Assembly (NCBI GenBank): GCA_963920595.1
Contig: OY986948.1
Span: 5,208,001 to 5,272,000 of the forward strand
Source: Eimeria praecox
Lineage: Eukaryota
Direction of reading: 5' to 3'
DNA: 64,000 nt
Positions 63,401 to 64,000 of this stretch are shown here, in pieces (the stretch's first letter is position 1; each line of letters begins with the position of its first letter). The notes beneath the pieces are model-generated. The model did not search any database, was not told the origin of the DNA, and was given only the letters and a program-made list of their open reading frames with translations. The translations under genes were made by a program, and so were the position numbers.

Positions 63401-64000
63401 AGTGTTTGAGTGGAGTTGGGTACTGGTGGTGGCGAATAATGTTGTAGTGTATGCGTTGGATGCAGTGTGGGGAGGCTTGAGGGCGTGTAGGGTGAAGAGT
63501 AGAGCGTGATAGTATATGAAGAGTGTCAGTGATTTGATTGGGCTGTTGTTTAGATGGGGAATGAGCTGGGGACAGTGATTGTTGGAGAAGCTGTTGTGTC
63601 GTTGTTTGAGGTGTGTGTTCAGGAGCAGCAAGTGGGTTTGGTGATGAGCAAGGACTAGGATACATTCCGGGTGGTTTGTGTTTGATGGTTTGTGTCTGGT
63701 GGGGATGTTGGAAGTTGGGTGGATGTTTGCTGGGTGTTGGGTGGTTTAGATTTATGCTGCGTTATGTCAGCTCTAGCACATGGATTGGTTTGTGGCTGGA
63801 GCGGTGGGTTCTGGTGTGGGAAGTGTTTGAGTGGAGTTGGGTATTGGTGGTGGCGAATAATGCGGTTGTGTATGCGTTGGATGCAGTGTGGGGAGGCTTG
63901 AGGGCGTGTAGGGTGAAGAGTAGAGCGTGATAGTATATGAAGAGTGTCAGTGATTTGATTGGGCTGTTGTTTAGATGGGGAATGAGCTGGGGACAGTGAT
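18480..64000 (+). repeat. G/T-rich satellite array, 421-bp monomer, ~108 copies, running off the right edge of the window
   Basis: The monomer landmark GTGTGTTCAG(G/C)(A/G)GCAGCAAGTGGGTTTGG recurs from 18553 to 63613. The span is 45060 bp = 107 x 421 + 13, and the 13 extra bases are nine +1 G insertions plus one +4 insertion. Confidence 0.99.

Noticed and set aside
18553..63930. Repeated 105-aa (+), 96-aa (-) and 143-aa (-) ORFs as a tandem gene family
   Set aside because: They start mostly at GTG/TTG, and their W/G/V/C or H/T/N/P/Q content mirrors the G/T skew. Both strands stay open because of composition. Stops and frameshifts spread freely (GTGTGGTAAG in seven monomers, +1 G in nine), and 421 is not a multiple of 3, so no long polyprotein is possible.
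18480..64000. CRISPR-like or variable-cassette array
   Set aside because: Whole monomers are repeated with only SNP-level variation. There are no unique spacers and no cas-like or recombinase ORFs.

Overview
Eukaryote-like, gene-poor window with no intact gene I can support. About 73% of it (roughly 17.1 kb to the right edge) is one tandem satellite of 421-bp monomers. It has about 108 near-identical monomers, preceded by about 3 degenerate ones, with a strong G+T skew on the + strand (about 75% G+T and about 8% C by hand count of one monomer). The array is layered: a degenerate edge, a domain with a 7-monomer higher-order pattern, a heterogeneous indel-bearing domain, and an indel-free domain of 57 exact 421-bp periods with 4-, 5-, 10- and 11-monomer block duplications. 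To its left is a chain of other repeats: an ~845-bp near-perfect direct duplication within an old ~410-420-bp repeat, a 4.7-copy 1131-bp tandem array, a short (GACA)n tract and a decayed ~177-bp repeat. The first ~4 kb may be a decayed multi-exon minus-strand gene for a Cys/Trp-containing single-pass membrane protein, tentatively sushi/CCP-like. The hundreds of repeated ORFs in the track are by-products of the satellites. A subtelomeric or pericentromeric location, and a coccidian (apicomplexan) origin, are inferences I cannot confirm from the sequence.
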